64,000 nt of DNA from Octopus sinensis (GCF_006345805.1 NC_043000.1:142724001-142788000); one strand, 5' to 3'; shown: positions 10,149 to 23,543, counted from the first letter of the stretch. The notes: generated by a model not told the origin, from the sequence alone. Numbers and translations: made by a program.

Positions 10149-11951
10149 ATTTTTCTATGTGCAAGGAACACGAGACCGCGTTATCCAACGTGTATTTTTT
10201 TTTAATGAAACGATGGGATGTTATTTTAAGGCCCAGTGGCGTTATCGTGTGTGTCGATCCAATATTTTGTGGTGGCATCCGGCATCGAGAATGTTGTGTA
10301 AATGTAGTTGCCTTTAAATAATTATTTATTTCATACTGACGTGGCTGTATAGGATTTGAAAGGCAGTATCTCATGTGCATTTCATGGTTTAGTACTGCAG
10401 AAAATATTACTGTGATGAAAGATGTTTATGGCGTTTTTCTTCTGTAGAAGCCGTGAACAGGGGAATTATTTGGCAACTTCAGCTACATTAAGTGCGATGA
10501 TCTAAAGAATTTTCTTTTGAACTGAGTTCGGTTGACTGAATATGCTACCTGAAGCGTTTATATGAGATAGACTGATGTATCTCATGATGCTTCAGACTTG
10601 TGCTTCTTTGTGATTATTCGTTGCGCTCTAAGTCACTCTGCAGAACTGATACAATTAATGGTGATATGTTCTGTTCTTGTTATATGTAAAGTTTACAAAT
10701 ATTAAAAAAAATATATTTTTACAAAATTTTGAATATATTTGTTAAATCTTGAACAGCTATCATAACGTTCATCGTGTCGTGAACGGAATCCTAACACAGT
10801 GAACATAGCAGGCACATCTCTATGAATGAGGTTTGCATTTATTATGCTCGTACACAACATATACATTTCACTTCAATATTGAGCACTTCACTGAAACAAC
10901 CTAGCAGCAGCAGCAGCAGTAGTGGTGGTAGTAGTAGTAGTAGTAAGAGGGGAGGTAGAAGAGTCACGTGAGTAGTGATTACCTCCGCCTCACGCAGCAG
11001 CACCTTACAAACAGTCGTACTCACTAACCTAAAATATCGATTCTCCTCTGGTCTTTTTTAAAGTTCTACTTTGAACTTGCTTATAATAAATCCAACACTT
11101 ATCATCGTTTGTTCTTCATAGATACGAAATACAAAACGATATCTTTTCTTTAGAAGTGCAACAAATTTTATTGTTATATTTTTGGAGGGTTTTTTGTTTG
11201 TTTGTTTTTCAGACATGTTTTTCTGTTTTTGTTTTCTTTTTTATTGTAGCTTTTTTTTATATATATATAATGTTATAAGAATTTATATATGTTTTAACTT
11301 TTATTTCACCGTTTCACAGTCTTCGTATTTAATAGATATGATATTTGATAGATATTGGACCATAGATCAAACAAACAAGAGAAAAAATATAGAAATTAAT
11401 TACAAAAGTGTCAGCTGACACTTATATCTGGTTAATATATCTAGCAAAGGGGGTAAAACAATAAGACATCAAACAGTGATCGAATTAACACTATTTCAAA
11501 ACTGATTCTCATCATTAAAAAAAGATATACTCGTTCCTAGGTGGTGGTGACAAGTTCAGATAAATTATTTCCTTTGATTTTAGCTACCTATAGCCACGCG
11601 CACGCGCCTATGTTTATTTATGTTTGTATCAGCGTTGCTATGTTTGTGTATATGTATTTGTAAGCTTGTGTGTGTATTGATATGTGTGTGTGTGCGTGTG
11701 TATGTATGTGCGCACGTGCTTGTGTGTGTCTATGTGTGTGTGTTTAGAAGCTAGACAAGAAGTTGCTATAAGTACAGATGCGGCAATGGTTTCTACTAAC
11801 TTCTCACTTGATAGCTTATTTTTTTCCGTTTGTGTAATAGTTTTTGATTTATATGAAACTTTGCCATTCTTACAAATAGTTCTGCTGTTGGTAGTTCCTC
11901 GGGGTCAAGGATTAAGCACCAGAATTAATCTTGGTGGACCAGCATATAACT

Positions 11952-12328
11952 ATTTAGGTCATTCTTTGATCTGGTTGATACTGAGTATTTGTTGCCTCAT
12001 GAAAGGTAAACAGATGAAGCGCTGTACTGGTCACCTAGTGATTCTCTCTATACTCCTAATTATTTTTGTGATGATCGGTTCTAACCATGTCAAAATTATT
12101 TTACCCCCTCTATAGATGACTGCATCAGGTATTAGCCGATGAATCTAAATCGTACATATTGATGCAGTTACAAATTTACAAATAATTTTGACATGGTTAG
12201 AACCGAACATCACAAAATAATTAGGAGTATAGAGAGAATCACTAGGTGACCAGTACAGCGCTTCATCTGTTTACTTTTCATGAGGCAACAAATACTCAGT
12301 ATCAACCAGATCAAAGAATGACCTAAAT
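11952..12328. repeat. Near-perfect 150-bp inverted repeat (11952-12101 / 12180-12328) with a 78-bp spacer
   Basis: Arms are reverse complements with only a few differences. Confidence 0.95.
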
Positions 12329-12612
12329 CCTTTAAATCCTTCCTCTTTGCCATCGTCGTGCATTTTCTTTCATTGATCTGAGATTAAACCCGTTGTTTGT
12401 GCAACCGATTAACTCGCATTTTCACAAAATAACCAGTCGATAGAAACTAATGGCAGTTACTAATCGTTTCAATGTAGAATAAAATACGATGTGTTTTGAT
12501 TAAGCACATGTTCTGCCATTGGAAGTACACGATTTTTCGTAAGATATTTCTAATGTATTTCTTGATTATTGAAATGTTGCCTATAACATGACCAAATTTC
12601 AAATCCGTATAA

Positions 12613-13020
12613 ATAAGTTTCTTTGTTGGCCACACAGGGCTGCACACAGATGGGACAAGTTACAAGGTAGAGCTTTTCTTTTGGGGGATGAAAAAAACAA
12701 AAAACAAAAACAAAAGAAACAAAAAAAAGGTGGCGTAGGTTTTCGATCAAAAGGGAACGTAAAAGGGGAAAAAAGAACAAAAAAGAAAAAAAGAAAAAAG
12801 GATCGAAAGCAAAGAGAAATGAAAAATAGAAGAAAAAAAGGGGAAGAGGAAAAAGAACGATCAATAGGGATCGTGTATCACAGTGTCATGATGTATGGTG
12901 TAAAGGGGAAAGCAAGTAAGGTTTATCCGTGGGAAGAAAAGCCTACGAAAAAGACCACGGTAACCTTGGTCAATATTGTTATATGTTACCACATTTGTTT
13001 GCAAGTGGGTAACCCTCTGT
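12613..13020 (-). mobile_element. 3' end (T-rich 3' UTR) of a LINE-like element, probably L1/Tx1-type
   Basis: About 180 bp nearly identical to 55100-55279 in the opposite orientation; ends GTGTGGCCAA(C/T)AAAGAAACTTAT. Confidence 0.65.
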
Positions 13021-13949
13021 TTTCAATTTCTGGGTTCATAAATAAATGGGTATTGCGAATGCCTTAATGCCTTGTATATTTATAAGATCATGAGCTTATA
13101 CGTTCGTGAACTACATATAACCGCCTCTATACACGACCAAAGATTGTTTTGGCACATCTTACTTGGTATGACACTTCCTCACCGGCTTTTGTGTTCTGTA
13201 AAAAAAAACTGCAATATTGTAAAATGTCCCTTTTCTGTCCATTCTGCTCGTGTACACAAATAGATGGACGAGGTTCCGACATGCTGCTAGACTTCATTTA
13301 TTTATGTTAGGAGTTAGACCCCTTTTATTATATAAGCCGGTACAAATTGTTGGTAATTGTATCTTGTTCATCTGGAGAACATCGTATAAAAATTAATGAC
13401 GAACAATTTAGCTACAAGACACATGACTGTGTGAGATTTCGCTGAAATATATAAACTCTGACTACAAAGATTTATCCTCTCTTTCTGATAGTGTATCTTC
13501 AAAAAGAAGCATCAACCGGTCTCAGAGATGTAATCAATATTAACATGTTCTAAAGTTCTAGGAGCCAAATCTCAATGTGACAACTACGGAGAAATATCTC
13601 TTTTCTCAGCTGCAGGAAAATTTCTGATAAGGCTCTTCTTTACTATACCACCTGGCATACTATTGTATACTCACCTACCAGAAACTTTGTGATGCGGTAG
13701 TTCCGACTCTAAATTCAAATTCAGTCGAGGCCCACTTAATTTCGTCATTCTTTCAAGATCGACAAAATAAGTACCAACCGGAGTGATGTATTAGAGGAAC
13801 TGTAAAAACGTCGGGCAAAAAGTCTTCAGGTAGTTCTTCCAGCTCTTTGAGTTCCTAATTCAAATTCGACTGTGACCTACTTTGAGTATAGTTTTCAGAT
13901 ATCGTTTTGAATACCTTTAACGGAGTCCTTACTTTTGCAAGTATTTTGG

Positions 13950-14900
13950 TACAAGTAACGGTTTGAGGATATATTCCCCCTCCTACCCACTAGTCTCGGA
14001 TATCCTGTCAAGAGTTATGAGCACCGCTAACTTAAAGACAAAAAAGGGAATTCTTTCCTCTCCAAGGCATTTGATTCTGTAAATCCTGAACCTTCGTAAA
14101 AAGTGTTTATCAAATATGACTGTCACAAATTAGTGAACGCTGCACAAGAAAACTGCAGTACGCTGCAAGTCTTCTATTACAAATCAGTTTGCACTAAGTA
14201 CTGGAGTAAGCCAGGGATGGATAGCTGACCCTACGCCTTTTCTTTGCTTTCTTTTTCCCCCCTTTCTCCCGGCTGAGTTTGAACGGACACTGACGAAACT
14301 CTCATTTCGTGCTCTAATCGTAATAACTAAATGCAAAATTATTTAACTCTAGCAAATCCTTTGTCAGAAGAAAATCTACGTCTACCTCCTGAATTGATCT
14401 CCAGTATGCAGCTTATATTATCGCAAGTTAAATCTAAGACACATACAGTAACAGAGGGTCGTTGACATTCATTTTGTCAATAAACATTTGACAAGCAATT
14501 ATCCGTTTCGCGTTCAGATTTGTTACAATCAAAAACTTTAATATAATAATATTCTTCTTTATTCCGCAGTGCTGCGCTTTCATCAAACTCATATACTGCA
14601 TTAAGCATTTCTTTTTTCTTTTGCCGAACCGTTGGATTATTTCAGTGAAAATCAATGTTATGGAGTAAAATTGCAGAAACCTTCTAAAGCATCGGCTTAC
14701 GTAAATGTTTATCCGTTTTTGCTCGTCAAATAACTCTCTGAACTAAAACAGCAGCGATGAGATAATAAGCTGTCTTTCCACACCACTCCCAACCAGAGGC
14801 TTTATTTCCCCGTTTTGTTTTAGAATCAGCAATGTCTACACGCAAAAATATTACAACAAAACGTTGAATTTCTAGCAAAAGGTGAGATGCGGTTAATTCA
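13950..14900 (+). pseudogene. Highly decayed LINE reverse transcriptase relic
   Basis: SKAFDSVN motif at about 14061-14084; the rest is fragmentary. Confidence 0.35.
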
Positions 14901-15382
14901 TAGCTAATGACTAAACCCATGAGTGTTGAAATAGAGATAATTAGTTTGCTCTTCACATGATATTTTTCGAAACATTTTTTTTGTTATGGGTTGACATGCT
15001 TTCGCACTAAGATTACACATGTTTAAATAATTTACAATGAATAACTCAAATACCTTAGAGTGCTATATGACATTTTCGTACAATGCATAAAAATATTCTC
15101 ATGTATGTACGCTGAAATATATTCAAGTATCCTTTTATGCATCAGTGGACTTACACGTATATAATTCAGAGTTTGAAACATAATGATTGTACGCAGATGA
15201 ATATGGATACAACATTCAGCATGCATATATGTGAGTGCGTCCATGTATAAATATATCTATACATACATACACACATATAATATATTCATATATATATATA
15301 AACAAATATATATAAATATATAAATATATAAACTATATATATATATAATTACACATAATATACATATAATGCAAATTGTTTC

Positions 15383-15423
<41 letters not shown>

Positions 15424-16257
15424 TACGTACATATATGCAAAAATATATTCATTCATTCATTCATGCATACATACATACATTCATTCATACAAACATACAT
15501 GCTTATACATACATGCATATTTAAAGGATTCAAGAAAATCTTTCAAAACACCATCAACAGCGTAGCAAAACATAATTAAGATACTTGTATATACAATCTC
15601 TTTCATGTTAATTCTTTAAAAATTTTACGATAAAGGAAAGAAAAGTGAAAAAAAAAAAGAAAAGGGATGAAAGCTTCGTCTTTATTTAGCAGGTTATAGA
15701 GTGAAATAAACACCTGCTCTCTGTTGATGACTCTCAGGTTGAACGTAAACAAGTGTACCATTTGAAAACAGAAGCAGCACTTACTTTAGAATAAATATAA
15801 ATGGAATTCCCTTTTAGATTTATCTCTTCGAACTTATTTCCTTTTTATTGATATTTCCTCGCTATTCTCTCTTCCTTCTCTCCCTCTCCCTCTCTCTCAC
15901 TTTTTCTCATTCTCTCTTTCCCCTCTCTCCCTTTCTCTGAAACGCACAGACACAAACACAAGCCAAAGCACACCATTCTTATATGCGAGTGAGCATGCGT
16001 ATGTATGTATATAACATACACACAAACACACAAACGCATACATACATAATGTAAATATATAGACATGTTTTATACAAAACATATATATATATGTATGTAT
16101 ATACATATGCATACATATGAATGCATACATATATATATATACATACTCACACACTCGCATAATATATATTTATGTATAGATATATAAATATATCATATAG
16201 ACATTTACATAAAATATATACACATATATATACATATATATATATTTATATATACAT

Positions 16258-16317
<60 letters not shown>

Positions 16318-17117
16318 GTGTAAATGTATAGTTATATGTACACCATCATCAGTCCTTATCAGACTACCTTACAGAGTACACGTATACATACATACATACA
16401 TACATATATACATACACACACATTCTCACACTGACATATATATTCATTAGTATGTATGCGTGCATATGTGTGTGTGCGCGCGTGCTTGGTTATGCATGTA
16501 TGTACGTACATATATATATGTATGTATATACGTTGATTGCTCCAGTAGCATCTCTGACTTTCCGCGCCATGACATCTCGGTTGACTATTCGGTGCTGTTG
16601 TAAACCTGTAACATCTGGAAGTTGTTACTTCGCCCTTCCAGTTGTTAGGTCTACGCTCTTCGGCACTTTTCTATTGTCCTAATACTTTAAGTAGATGACA
16701 TAACAAATGAGGTCACCAAAGATATCTGCACGTACTGGACTATACAGATAAACGATTCTACAAGGCGAGTTTCACTTTCTGACTGTCTGTTGTTTAGTAT
16801 AAGTACCGGCCGAAGCGCGACGAGCAGTAATCACATAAAGCCGCTGGTTTTACATCAGTGTCACTCTCCTCAAAGAATGCTGTCACGATAGCAACGGCTC
16901 CTTCACAGCTGGTGGCTTTACTGAGCACCCTGACATTTACCAAGGATACTTCTACATCCCCGCACATAAATGGATTGCCATCACATATGGTAGTTAACCT
17001 GCAGCGGGGGTCGTCGCAGGTACTACTAGTCCATATCAGATTAGACCAGGAACATAATAGTGGCTCCTCGAATCACTAGAACACCTGAACCAGAGCCCTA
17101 TTAAGTAATACCAGGAC

Positions 17118-17166
<49 letters not shown>

Positions 17167-17199
17167 TGTGTGTGTGTATAGAAGGTTGGAAAGAAACAC

Positions 17200-18070
17200 A
17201 TGAGTTGATATATATGGTAAAAAAGTCAAGGTAGAAAATGCTAAAATAATTTTATAGAAAACATTTCAGTACCGGTTTCAGTCATTGAGACTTTTTCAAC
17301 TGTAAGTATGGAAAACAATTAAATTTTGGATAAATTAAAAGAAAAGTTTTTAAAAAGAATATTTGCATAGTATTCAAATACAAGGGGAATTTTCCTTGTT
17401 TACTCTTGTGAGTTTCGAGGTCGCTGTGAATTGTTGGCAGAGAAGAAGAAGAAGAAGAAGAAGAGAAGAAGAAGAAGAAGAAGAAGAAGAAGAAGAATGC
17501 AGGAGTGCCATCATAGTAGTAGGATAGTAAATGGTCGAGGGTGACTTGTTGTGGATGGTAGTAGTGATTGAATTCTTGAGACATCACTTTTGAATGTATT
17601 GTTTATAATATTTGCGTAGGTTTTATTCTAAATAGCAGTAGTAGTAAAGTAAGGAAGGAGGTGGCGGAGAGGAAGAAGACGAAGAAGAAGAAGGTGAAAG
17701 AGAAGAGAGAATAATAAGGGAATGCAGGTGGTACGGTAGTAGTAGGATGTTGAATGGTCGAGTGACCTAAAAGTGATTTGTTGTGGATTATAGCAGCGAT
17801 TGGGACTGTTTTCTAATGAATTCTTGGGTATCTCTTAAGTGTATCATTTTTAATATTTGTGTGTGTGTTTGTGTTATTCTAAGGCCGTGGTGGATATATC
17901 GTTTGTTGTACATGCGTTCAAAAGGGATCTGTATTTTGTAATAAAGAGAGTCTCTTTTCTAATTCGTTGGCTGCAGGTTGTATCGTCCCTGAATTGGTAG
18001 ACGGGGAAAATTCTGAAGCTTGGATCTTTGTTATTGGCGCAAATTTCGATGTGTTGGCTGAATGCTATTT
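17200..18070 (-). mobile_element. Penelope-like element 3' portion (GIY-YIG C-terminus, 3' UTR, pseudo-LTR)
   Basis: Minus translation AFSQHIEICANNKDPSFRIFPVYQFRDDTTCSQRIRKETLFITKYRSLLN fits the PLE endonuclease end (H..C, R...E..FI.....LN); downstream minimal hammerhead; ~225-bp tandem duplication in the UTR. Confidence 0.8.
17267..17302 (-). ncRNA. Minimal type I hammerhead ribozyme (U3-A8 core variant)
   Basis: CAG-UUGAAAA-AGUC(ucaau)GACU-GAAAC-CG-GUA-CUG: stems I and II pair perfectly, stem III is palindromic ACCGGU. Confidence 0.8.
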
Positions 18071-18710
18071 CTTTTTTTTTTCCCCGTTTTTAAAAGCATG
18101 TGATTTTGAAATGACTCCCTTATATACCCTGTCTGTAGACTGGACCGCCGTTCAATAACAGTCCTGCAATATCAATAAGTTATTCCTCACCTTGTAGCAT
18201 CGAAATGAACTCATCTAAATAAAGCAGTCGAAAAGGCTATGAAAAAGTAGGATTGCTCATGCAAAAGGACTATGATTCAACAAGCAACTTAACATACACC
18301 TGAACGTGGATTTTGATGATGTTTAACTCCAAGTTACTACTGATAAAGCAGACTTATGATTAAAGATACTTAACCATACAACCTTCTTTCCAGATGTCAT
18401 GATTTGAGAGAATTGCGTTTTCTTCGTTGAACAGGTCGAGCGATTACATAAACTCTACTAGCCATATTTAAGTACACTTTGATTTCAGTTACCTGCATTA
18501 GACATAATATTCTTTATCTTGTGGATATGTAAATGGATTACAGAGGAATCCCGGCAAGAAAATCAGTTCAAAACAACAAAGAACTATGTAAAGTACTATT
18601 TGCATAATCCATGGTTATGAGAAGGCCAATATTAATGTCCCTCTCAAGCATGTATCATTTCCTTTTCTATACACTTTAAACATGTTATGTCTGTGAAAAA
18701 GATTAAAAGT

Positions 18711-18778
18711 TATATCAAATTCATTGAAGCAGTCTGTGGTGACTATTCATTACAGACCGCTGCAATAAATTTGACATA
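18711..18778 (-). ncRNA. Pre-miRNA-sized hairpin (candidate only)
   Basis: Minus strand: 27-bp stem with 3 G-U pairs and 1 mismatch, 14-nt loop. Confidence 0.35.
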
Positions 18779-20124
18779 CCATTTGAAATCCATTGTAATT
18801 TATATTCGTTTCAAAAAATAATTCAAATAATGAAACATCCTTTGTTCATTTAACTGTATCCGAAATTTCCCCAGGTTATTGTTAATAGTAACGTTGTTCT
18901 CAAATTATTATTTTATTGTATATTGTATTTTTTTGTTTATTTTGCAGTGTCTTTTCTTTCAAAGCAGCATGATTTTTTTTTTAATTTAGTGGGAAATGTG
19001 TTGTCATGTCTGAAAAGAAATACTCTAGCATAGGAGAGATCTATGAAGAGAGATATGAAAAATCTAAGCTGATGTCTTCTTTCTCGTTACACACATTTAA
19101 AAAGGAATGAATACGTTATATATACATAATCACAACGATACTATCTAACTCTGCATGCTGGTAGCCATGGGACAAACATTCAATTGTTTGAGAGTTGTCA
19201 GTTTGTTTACGCTAATAATGTCAAACCAGTTTCTAAGCAATCTTATTGTATTTACATCTATTTATTTACATGACTGTATAGCAAAGACATTTGATTTGTG
19301 GAACTGAAGTTATTTGGCTGTCCATTTCTATAAAACTTATGTTTAGAAATCGGGATCACCATGACTATGATAGCACGAATAGTCATGCGTTTGATAAAGA
19401 GGGAAGACAACAGAAAGAAGTTACTTTTTTCAGCCCGGAATTGACTGTCTGATATTTTGTTGATGACAACGTTTTTATGAATAAAGATACGAGTAGAATT
19501 GTTGAAGTTGAAGCGAATATGTTTAATTTCCTCTTCAATATAACAAAATGTATTCAGCAATCCGGAATAGAGTATCACTATCATCAGCTTCGCCCATAGT
19601 ACCCATAAAATACATCACAGACTACTGACAAAATCCGAGTCTGAAAATATGGCTTTTAACTTTGCTCTCTCAGAATGATGTATTACACATCAAACTTTAA
19701 TCATTCCCAAACCACAAAAATCAGCTCACAAACTGAATAGTTAGATCTTAGTTAGCCTATTACCAGCATAATTTCTAACACAAAAAGTAACAAAAAGAAC
19801 AAGAGGAGAACAATTGTAAAATTAAATCAGAATAACGAAAACACATACAAGGTATGAAGCCAATAAATGGAATGTAACATCCAATCATTGTAACAATAGT
19901 GAAAGAATTGCTTGCTGTTTTATAACAGTTAACAATTTCTAGGTATTCTTTTGAATAATCACAACACAGATGTGTAGCGGGAGAAGTTCTATGTGAATAT
20001 GAGAGGTAACGCCAAAAGGTTAGAGAACTCTCGACCTAGATCTCAATTAACACTCGTTTGTTCTTTTTTTTTATCATCTGAAGATTTTAACAGCCACATA
20101 CAACTGAACGCATAAAATTTCGTA

Positions 20125-20466
20125 TACCACTTTACAACGAATTGAATTCCTCTGACTTTCTACATTGAATATGTATAGAGATTGCTGGTTCGTTTGTTTT
20201 ATATGTACATCATTTCATTGAAGCATAATTGATGTGTTGAGACATTATTAATTTAGGGTCCTTACCATTGGTTCCTAAAGAGAGTTGTTAGTGTTGCTGT
20301 TTAGTCAAAGGTCAAGCCTGTTTAAGAAAACCTATGATAAGAGACTTTCTGTTATGAACATCCTATCTTTTTGTATACCTAAAACTGTATTCTTCAGCAT
20401 GATCTTTCAGTCCCGTTGATGCAGTGTTATTATTATCATTGTTATTATTGTTGTTGTTGTTGTTGC

Positions 20467-20503
<37 letters not shown>

Positions 20504-20577
20504 GCCTTTGCACAGCTTCTAACGGCGGAGATGTACTGCGGTGTCAGCTATTCACTACCAGTGAACTAAAGTAACAC
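20125..20577 (+). repeat. Source copy of a local ~450-bp direct duplication
   Basis: Nearly identical to 23075-23543. Confidence 0.95.
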
Positions 20578-21340
20578 CTCTTATTTTTCGAGCACTTTCA
20601 GGAGATTTCGAGCGGTTCCAAGCAGTGCTGTTTTCTGCTAATGCTCCATCCTTATTGCAGCCCCTATTTGTTCCACGTACTTCTTGAGATTTTTGCTCAC
20701 TTTTCCCAGGGATCCGACAATTATTGGTATTACTGCTACCTTTTTCCTCGACCACAACAGCTTATCTTCCCAAGCTAGCCTGTCATACCTCTCGACTTTT
20801 CTTTCTTCCTTTTGCTTTCTTTCTCAATTAACATTATGTCTGACTTCCTATTCTCTATCCCATGGTCGCACTGAATCATGAAATCCCATAAGATCATTGC
20901 GTTTCTATTTTCGACGATGTCTTCAAGTTTCTGGTAGTACCAATTGTTTGCTCTGTCAAGTCCATACTTGTTGCAAAGTGTCCAATGGACAAGCCTGGCT
21001 ACATTGTCATGACGTCTCTTATATTCTCTCTGGGCTAGTGGCGTACATTGGCTCGTAATATGCCATACGAGTTCACCGTTTTGTCCACAGATTCAGCACT
21101 TATCACTTTCTGATGTGTTGTCTATTCTGTATTTGATGTAACTCGTTCTTAATGCTTGCTCTTGGGCAGCACAGATTAAAGCCTCCGTTTTGTCTTAAAT
21201 CACTTTTAGTTATCCATAGCCATCTTTTTTTCACTGTCTGTCTTATCTTCAACATCCCTATGAAATACTCCATGCATTCCTTTCTTTATCTGCCTGTTTT
21301 CAGTTTCATTCAGTATCAAGTGCTTCTTCAGTGCTTTATC
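20504..21340 (-). mobile_element. REL-endonuclease LINE relic (R4/Dong-like), copy 1, with (CAA)n tail at about 20440-20503
   Basis: CGQNGELVWHITSQCTPLAQREYKRRHDNVARLVHW...WDFMIQCDH and QKTALLGTAR motifs. Confidence 0.88.
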
Positions 21341-21368
21341 TTCATCATCATCATCATTATTATTATTA

Positions 21369-21437
<69 letters not shown>

Positions 21438-21439
<2 letters not shown>

Positions 21440-21945
21440 TTTGCACAATTTCTAACGCCAGTGATGTATTACGTTGCCAGCTATTCACTACCAGTGAACT
21501 AAGGTAACACCTCTTATTTTTCGAGCACCTCCCGGAGTATTCAAGCGGTTCCAAGCAGTGCTGTTTTTTGTAAGTGCCCCACCCTTATTGCAGCCCTATT
21601 TGTTCCTCGAACTTCTCATAATTTTTACTCACTGTTCCTAGGGTTCCGACAATTATTCGTACTACTACCACCTTTTTCATCGACCACAACTACTTAACCT
21701 TCCAAGCTAACCTGTCATATCTTTCGACTTTTCTTTCTTCCTTATCTCATACCTTGTTGTCAGCTGGGCAGGCTATATCTATGATCCAGCATAGTTTGTT
21801 TTCTTTCTCAATTAAGAATGTCTGGTTTCCTATTCTCTATCTCATGGTCGCACTGAATCATAAAATCCCATAGGATCTTTGCATTATCATTTTCGATGAT
21901 GCCTTCGAGTTTGCGATCGTACCAGTTTTTGCTCTGTCAAGTACA
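21438..21945 (-). mobile_element. REL-LINE relic copy 2 (same subfamily as copy 1), with (TAA)n tail at 21342-21437
   Basis: Homologous 3' end to copy 1; ILWDFMIQCDHEIE...WIIDIACPAD. Confidence 0.88.
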
Positions 21946-21999
21946 TCATCATCGTCGTCGTCGTCGTCATCATCATCATCATCATCATCATTATTGACG

Positions 22000-22610
22000 T
22001 CACACAGAATTCAATATCTTGAGGTGGTTGACTGAGGATATTGTTCTACCGGGGGATTGTACTGTTTGTCATGTCACAACAAGGACCTCAGGCACAGTAC
22101 TTTACGCAATATGCGTGCAGTTCCCAATAATGCCGACACTGTTGCAATATATTTAGATTGTAGGTTATGTCTAATGCTTTCAGATTTTTTTTTAATTTCA
22201 CAGATTGGGTGGTCCGATGACAATAGGGATAACCGTTATGTTCGACTCTTGTAGCTTCCACACCTTATCAGTCTTAATTCTCAGATCTCCAAATCTATCA
22301 ACATTTTTCTCTTTCTTTCATGATATGTTGATCTCCTGGCACTGCCACGTCAATTATTAGGAACTCTTGTTTGTCCCTCCTGAAGATTACTATATCCGGC
22401 CTTCGGTATTCTAACACCTCGTCTGTCTGGAAGTCAAAGTCTCAGACGATTTTTGCCTTCCCCTTCTCGTCCATTACATTTTTCGGTATATGTTGGTACA
22501 AAGCACCCATAACCTCATATCCATACTTCCGTCATAGTAGCCAGTGGAGGTTTCGGTCTACCTTGTCATATCTACGATTGTACTGTTTGACTCTGTAATA
22601 CCATCACTTG
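22000..22610 (-). mobile_element. REL-LINE relic copy 3 (second subfamily), with (GAT)n tail at 21945-21995
   Basis: RRYDKVDRNLHWLL...DFDFQTDEVLEYRRPDIVI. Confidence 0.82.
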
Positions 22611-23074
22611 TAAATATATATTACTTTACTTACAGTTTCTGCGGTGTCTAAAGCAATAAACAATATCTAAAAAGCGTAAGTTGCATCATTAGAGGTTGAT
22701 GGAGATCTTAGGTGAAGCAAATTATCGTTCGTAGCTGTGGAATTACACCAGAAGCCCCTTCAGCTGTTCAAAGCACTACCTAGCATCATTCATCACAAGG
22801 CAAAAGATATTTCATTTTCCAAGATCAAAAGACAGAAAAACCAATTTCATCTACAGTGGATGCTGTAATTCTGCATGTAAAGAAAATAGCAAGATGATCT
22901 GCAATCAGTGCCAGGATTAGGAAATCTGCCCATAAAATGCTGTAATACATTATTCAGACAATAAAAACTGATTGATAAAAGGAAAAACTGAAGTCTGTTT
23001 CCGGTATTTAAATGCACTTTTATTGGTGGGGACAAAGTGACTCCAAGGTTCCGCAAACGTAATATTTTTCATGG

Positions 23075-23388
23075 TACCACAACGAATTGAATTCCTCTGA
23101 CTTTCTACATTGAATATGTATAGAGATTGCTGGTTCGTTTGTTTTATATGTACATCATTTCATTGAAGCATAATTGATGTGTTGAGACATTATTAATTTA
23201 GGGTCCTTACCATTGGTTCCTAAAGAGAGTTGTTAGTGTTGCTGTTTAGTCAAAGGTCAAGCCTGTTTAAGAAAACCTATGATAAGAGACTTTCTGTTAT
23301 GAACATCCTATCTTTTTGTATACCTAAAACTGTATTCTTCAGCATGATCTTTCAGTCCCGTTGATGCAGTGTTATGATTATCATTGTT

Positions 23389-23448
<60 letters not shown>

Positions 23449-23543
23449 GCTGTTGTTGTTGTTGTTGTTGCCTTTGCACAGCTTCTAACGGCGAAGATGT
23501 ACTGCGGTGTCAGCTATTCACTACCAGTGAACTAAAGTAACAC
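23075..23543 (+). repeat. Derived copy of the local duplication
   Basis: Matches 20125-20577 except for microsatellite length and a few SNPs; breaks about 70 bp into the LINE 3' end. Confidence 0.95.

Noticed and set aside
11406-11423. Perfect 18-bp palindrome AAGTGTCAGCTGACACTT
   Set aside because: Isolated, with no supporting context
12588-13067. 159-aa Lys-rich ORF
   Set aside because: Antisense reading of a T-rich repeat 3' UTR that recurs at 54990-55279
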